Below are positions 59,833 to 64,000 of a DNA stretch of 64,000 bases, piece after piece. How positions within the stretch are numbered: position 1 is the stretch's first letter; the number at the start of each line of letters is the position of its first letter. Under the pieces are notes generated by a model that searched no databases, had not been told where the DNA came from, and saw only the letters and a list, made by a program, of their open reading frames with translations. The DNA is from an uncultured Verrucomicrobiae bacterium (GTDB taxonomy: Bacteria > Verrucomicrobiota > Verrucomicrobiia > Chthoniobacterales > JAATET01), in NCBI GenBank assembly GCA_963719495.1, contig CAVRCI010000005.1, positions 172,002 through 236,001 on the forward strand, in the 5' to 3' direction. The translations under genes and the position numbers were made by a program.

Positions 59833-60591
59833 AGAAACCCCACCCTCCACCTTCCGGTAATCCCCCCGGCTGAAATACTTCTCCAGCCACACGTAGAGAC
59901 AAATGAACAAATACCGGCTCCCCATCTCCTTGATCTTCAACTTCGCCTCGCCCGACCGCCGGTTCCGCCAAGTGATCGGCACCACCGTCCAGGTGTAACC
60001 CCGCGTGATCGCCTTCAGCGGGATCTCCACCGTCAGGTTGAAATGCGGTGCCAGCAACGGCCGACACCCCTCGATCACCGTCCGCCGGTAAGCCTTGAAC
60101 GCGTTCGTTGTGTCGTTGAGCTTCACCGAGAACAGCCGCTTGATGAACTGATTCGCCATCCGGTTGAGCAGCAATTTCACCCGCGGGTAATCGATCACCC
60201 CGCCCCCTTTCATAAACCGGCTGCCAAAGACGCAGTCCCACCCCTCGTTCAACAGCGTCCAATACCGCACCACGTCTCGGCAATCATCCGACTCGTCCGC
60301 CATCATGATCACCACCGCGTCCCCCCGCATCACGTCCAGCCCCCGGATGATCGCCCGACCGAACCCGTGCAGCTCCGTATTCTGAACCGGAGCCAATTCC
60401 GGAATCCGCTCCCGCAATTTCGTCAGCACCTCCCACGTCCGGTCCGAGCTCCCATCGTCCACCACCACGATCTCGTGCGGCACGCCGTGCAGCGATAGCT
60501 CCAAGTGCAGGTGCTCCACCGTCAACGGCACCGCGACCTCCTCATCCCGCGCCGGAATGACGATCGACAACAACTTCAGCGGTTCACCCAT
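59830..60591 (-). CDS. GT2 (DPM1-like) glycosyltransferase
   Basis: VIPARDE, DDGSSD, MADESD, FGSRF, DTTNAFKAY. Confidence 0.9.
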   Translation of the reverse strand: MGEPLKLLSIVIPARDEEVAVPLTVEHLHLELSLHGVPHEIVVVDDGSSDRTWEVLTKLRERIPELAPVQNTELHGFGRAIIRGLDVMRGDAVVIMMADESDDCRDVVRYWTLLNEGWDCVFGSRFMKGGGVIDYPRVKLLLNRMANQFIKRLFSVKLNDTTNAFKAYRRTVIEGCRPLLAPHFNLTVEIPLKAITRGYTWTVVPITWRNRRSGEAKLKIKEMGSRYLFICLYVWLEKYFSRGDYRKVEGGVS

Positions 60592-60607
60592 ACTCCAGGA
60601 CAAAAAT

Positions 60608-61273
60608 CTAGCCCTTCCGCGCGATCACCAGGAACTGCTTCCCGAGGAACCGCCACGCCCAAGGCAGCTTCAGATATAAGCTCACCAGCGACAGCGGCAC
60701 CTCCCGCGCCCCCACCATCGTGTAGGGCAAAAACCGCTCCTCCGCCCGCTCGACGGAAAATCCGCTGATCTCCAACGCTTCGCCCAACGACGTCTCCGTC
60801 AGGATCGTGTGGTGGTCGAAAAAATCCCAATACAGCCCCGGCAGCACCTTGATGTTCGGCCCCACCGCGATCAACCGCCCCCCCGGCCGCAGGCACCGCA
60901 GCGCCTGGGCCAGCGTCCGCGTCAGACACGCCTTGTCCGGCAGATGCTCGAAGAAATTCGAAGTGAACACCACGTCCAGCGACTCATCGTCCAGCTCCCA
61001 CCGCCGCGAACAATCCTGCTCGAGAAACGCGACATTGCCACCAAGGTGCCCCCGAGCGTCCGGATTGAGATCCATCGCCCACTTCCGACCACACCGAATC
61101 TGATTGATAAACTCCCCGTAGCCGCAGCCCAGATCCAGCACGTCGTGATCGGGATTGACCCAGGTGGGGAAGAATTCCGCCGTCAACACCGACCACACCT
61201 TCTTCCGGTAAGCCGCCGTGTCGGCAAAGCGCCGTCGGTAAATTCTCGAGAGTTCTTCTTCGTCGACCTTCAT
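60608..61273 (-). CDS. Class I SAM-dependent methyltransferase
   Basis: VLDLGCGYG; SNFFEHL; LRPGG. Confidence 0.9.
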   Translation of the reverse strand: MKVDEEELSRIYRRRFADTAAYRKKVWSVLTAEFFPTWVNPDHDVLDLGCGYGEFINQIRCGRKWAMDLNPDARGHLGGNVAFLEQDCSRRWELDDESLDVVFTSNFFEHLPDKACLTRTLAQALRCLRPGGRLIAVGPNIKVLPGLYWDFFDHHTILTETSLGEALEISGFSVERAEERFLPYTMVGAREVPLSLVSLYLKLPWAWRFLGKQFLVIARKG

Positions 61274-61329
61274 AAAAATCAATTGGCCCGCTTCGGGGCG
61301 GACCGGTAAAACCCTGAACCGATTCGGCC

Positions 61330-61545
61330 CCAATCGACCAGCACGAACTCGTCAGTCGCCCCCGCTTGTTCCAGTCTCCGCGATCCGGACGCACTTTCAC
61401 GTCGCCGGCGCGATCCGGCAGCGGACGCAACTCCCCGCTGGGCTCGTCGTAGAGCCACGCGCGCGCGTCCAGGAGCCCGTCACCCAATGCCCGATACTCG
61501 CACCGCTCCCGCGACCGTCCACGGAACCCACCGCTTCGACTCCAT
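61330..61545 (-). pseudogene. Probable deletion remnant of a membrane-protein paralog
   Basis: ATG 61545 gives 21 aa then stop; alternate frame resembles C-terminus of 62617 ORF. Confidence 0.45.
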
Positions 61546-61546
61546 C

Positions 61547-62620
61547 CTACGACCGATTACTGAGACCGAGCCAATCCGGATCCCGCTCCGCCTGCTCCGC
61601 GATCTCCGACAAAATTTCTTCCGTCGTCGTGCGCGGACGCCACCCCCACGTCGATTCCGCCGACGAAGAATCCAACACCACCCAGGGTAGATCGTAAGGC
61701 CGGTCCATCGCCTCGCTCCCCACCGCGTGCGCCCCCCACCGCCCGTCGCACCACGCCGTCAGCTCCCGCAGCGACCGCGCCGATCCACGCCCCCCCGACA
61801 CGTTCACCACCCGCGGGCGCTCCCCGCCGCGTCCCGCCGCCATCTGCATCCCAATCAACGGCACCAAATCCCGCGGGTGCAGACAATCCCGCACCTGGTG
61901 CCCGCCCCCGTCGAACCCGATGTAGCGCATCGGCCTCCGCCGCGCGTGCGAGTGCAGCCAGAAGCTGAAAATCCCCTGATCCGCCTTCCCGAATTGCCCC
62001 GCCCCCGCCAGCACCCCGCACCGATTCACCCACACCGGAAACCCAAATGCCTCGCCGTATTCCAGAGCCAGGGCCTCCGACGCCAGCTTCGAAGCCCCGT
62101 AGAGCGACACCGGAGCCGCCGTGCTGAATCCCTCCCGCACCCCCGCCGCCGAGAATTCCGCCGGCCACGCCGCCTCGTCCCCCGGCACGTAGGCCGCCCC
62201 TTCCACCCGCACCGGCAATCCCGCCAACGGCGGAATCGAATACACCCGGCTCGTGCTCAGCAGCACAAAACCCGACCCCGCCGACCGGCATTTCTCCAGC
62301 AGATTCACCGTCCCGACCAGATTGTGCTCCATCAGCTGCCGACTCGTCCCGTAACCCGCCGATCCCGCCAGCACGCTCGGGTTCGCCGCCGCGTCGATCG
62401 TCCAATCCACGTCCGGCAATCCATCCACGTCACTCGCGCTCCGCAGATCACCGTGGATGAACTTCACCCCCAGCCGCTGCATCTCCGCCCGGTTCACCTC
62501 GCTCCCCGGCCGACTCAGATTGTCGAATCCGATCAGCTCCCAGGGCAACCCCGCCTCGACCGCCGCCCGCGCCAACGAGCTCCCGACGAAGCCACACACT
62601 CCCGTAATCAAGACCTTCAT
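61547..62620 (-). CDS. NAD-dependent epimerase/dehydratase (CDP-tyvelose 2-epimerase-like)
   Basis: ITGVCGFVG, DNLSR, YGASK, QFG..DQG, QVRD.LH. Confidence 0.85.
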   Translation of the reverse strand: MKVLITGVCGFVGSSLARAAVEAGLPWELIGFDNLSRPGSEVNRAEMQRLGVKFIHGDLRSASDVDGLPDVDWTIDAAANPSVLAGSAGYGTSRQLMEHNLVGTVNLLEKCRSAGSGFVLLSTSRVYSIPPLAGLPVRVEGAAYVPGDEAAWPAEFSAAGVREGFSTAAPVSLYGASKLASEALALEYGEAFGFPVWVNRCGVLAGAGQFGKADQGIFSFWLHSHARRRPMRYIGFDGGGHQVRDCLHPRDLVPLIGMQMAAGRGGERPRVVNVSGGRGSARSLRELTAWCDGRWGAHAVGSEAMDRPYDLPWVVLDSSSAESTWGWRPRTTTEEILSEIAEQAERDPDWLGLSNRS

Positions 62621-64000
62621 TCGTTCTTTCGTTTTTTTGGATTCACCGCTTCGCGCACGATCAATCGTCGCGGCGAGCCCGCCAATTCCCGCAACGCTCC
62701 CGAGTCCGAATCGTAAGCCCACGCGTGAACCTGCCAATCCCCCGGGCCGAAAAATCCCGCCGGCACCTTCACCTCCCACCGCGACCCCTCCACCATCGCC
62801 GCCGCCCGGAATTTCCGCTCTTCGTCCCGCGTGATCAGCACGACACCGTCCGCCTCCCCGCTTCCGCTGAAAACCAACCGCTTGTTCGGCCCCACTTTCA
62901 CCGGCCCAGCTTTCACCTCCCCGCCACCCGCCGGAATCATCCTATCGAATTCGCCCGGCCCAGGTTCGCTCGAAAAATCGAGCCCCGGCCCCGATTTCCG
63001 GAAGCCCACGTCGACCACCAGCGGAAAGGTCGAGCGGATGAAGGCCGCCCCGTCGTAAGGGGCGTCCAGACTCGGCGCGATGGCCGCATACGGACCCTGC
63101 CGCTCGGCATCCACCTCCTCCTCCGACGCATCCACGATCGGCAACACGGCCCGAGCGAGTCGCAACTCCCGCGAGCGTTCCCCCGCGTCCCCCAAGGCCG
63201 CCCACGAATTGATCCCCACCATCGCGATCAGCAAAAAGCATATTCCACCCAGAATCCTTCGTCCGATCATTCCTCTCCCCTCCAGCGCCACCCGCCACAA
63301 TTGCACCCCCGCGATCACCAACAACGGCGGCCCCGTCATGTAACGCGACACCGACACCAAGCGATCAACCCCGCCCTCCGACCGCCCGTATCCCACGGCC
63401 AAACAAAACAATCCACCGAACAATCCAACCGCCAACCAAGGCGCGATCCGGGCGTAACTCACCGACCGCCACGCCGCCCAGGCCAGAGCCCCGGCAAACG
63501 CCACCACCGTCAGAACACCCAGGATCGCCGCCGGCAACACCGGATCCGTCCCCAAAGTCCGCCCAAACTGCCCGCCCAACAAAGCAAAGGTCACGAACGC
63601 CGCCGCCACCGGATGGTGCAACGCGTAGTTGGGATCGTCCGCCGTGTCCGGACGCGTAAACCCAATGAAGTAACACCCAATCACGACTCCGCCGACGACG
63701 AGCCAACTCCCCAGAGCCAAACACCGCTCCCGCCACGTTCGCCCGACCGCCCAGACGGCAACGGTCAGAACGATCCAGGCAAAAACGCCCTGCACCATCG
63801 AAAACGTCGCGACCACGCAAAGCGCCGCCGCCCACCCGATCCGCGTCCCCGCCCGCCAGTCCTCCCGCGACAGCACCCACACCGCCGTGAGGAATGGCCC
63901 CTGCACCAGAAAAAACGCGAGCTGAAATCCCCACAGCCAATTCTCGTGTTGAACCAGGGAAAAATACACCGCCGAGCTCGCGACCAAAGCCAGACCAAAA
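62617..64000 (-). CDS. Polytopic membrane protein with extracytoplasmic C-terminal domain (5' truncated)
   Basis: FSLVQHENWLWGFQ; GR...SRY; multiple TM segments. Confidence 0.7.
   Translation of the reverse strand, partial: FGLALVASSAVYFSLVQHENWLWGFQLAFFLVQGPFLTAVWVLSREDWRAGTRIGWAAALCVVATFSMVQGVFAWIVLTVAVWAVGRTWRERCLALGSWLVVGGVVIGCYFIGFTRPDTADDPNYALHHPVAAAFVTFALLGGQFGRTLGTDPVLPAAILGVLTVVAFAGALAWAAWRSVSYARIAPWLAVGLFGGLFCLAVGYGRSEGGVDRLVSVSRYMTGPPLLVIAGVQLWRVALEGRGMIGRRILGGICFLLIAMVGINSWAALGDAGERSRELRLARAVLPIVDASEEEVDAERQGPYAAIAPSLDAPYDGAAFIRSTFPLVVDVGFRKSGPGLDFSSEPGPGEFDRMIPAGGGEVKAGPVKVGPNKRLVFSGSGEADGVVLITRDEERKFRAAAMVEGSRWEVKVPAGFFGPGDWQVHAWAYDSDSGALRELAGSPRRLIVREAVNPKKRKNE

Overview
GC-rich bacterial chromosomal segment, probably Verrucomicrobiota/PVC (inferred from the ilvE-mcsA-mcsB-clpC arrangement without ctsR, scarce Shine-Dalgarno sites and gene content). 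Positions 1-42.6 kb are mostly housekeeping: two tRNA-Leu, thiC with a TPP riboswitch, rplU-rpmA, rtcB, hisC, rpsO-pnp, cstA, tadA, rpe, accD-folC, bioA, mcsAB-clpC and ilvE. Positions 42.7-64 kb are a minus-strand surface-glycan cluster (a dozen or more glycosyltransferase-like genes, a sulfotransferase, a methyltransferase and an epimerase). The best candidate for an undescribed system is a stand-alone 116-aa GIY-YIG nuclease (5860-6210) bracketed by inverted copies of a ~40-bp repeat. About ten copies of that repeat occur across the window, solo or as gene-less inverted pairs, and five different stem sequences all covary perfectly around a GCGAAGC-type mini-hairpin. This is a REP/RAYT-like architecture with GIY-YIG in place of the HUH enzyme. 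Other notable signals: a leader-peptide attenuator before an NTase-rtcB RNA-repair pair, a perfect 36-bp palindrome, a heptamer tract that appears to put a GT9 gene out of frame with its start, repeats inserted in-frame in folC, thiC and glycosyltransferases, and a second 105-bp structured repeat. All calls come from reading the sequence by eye; no searches were run.
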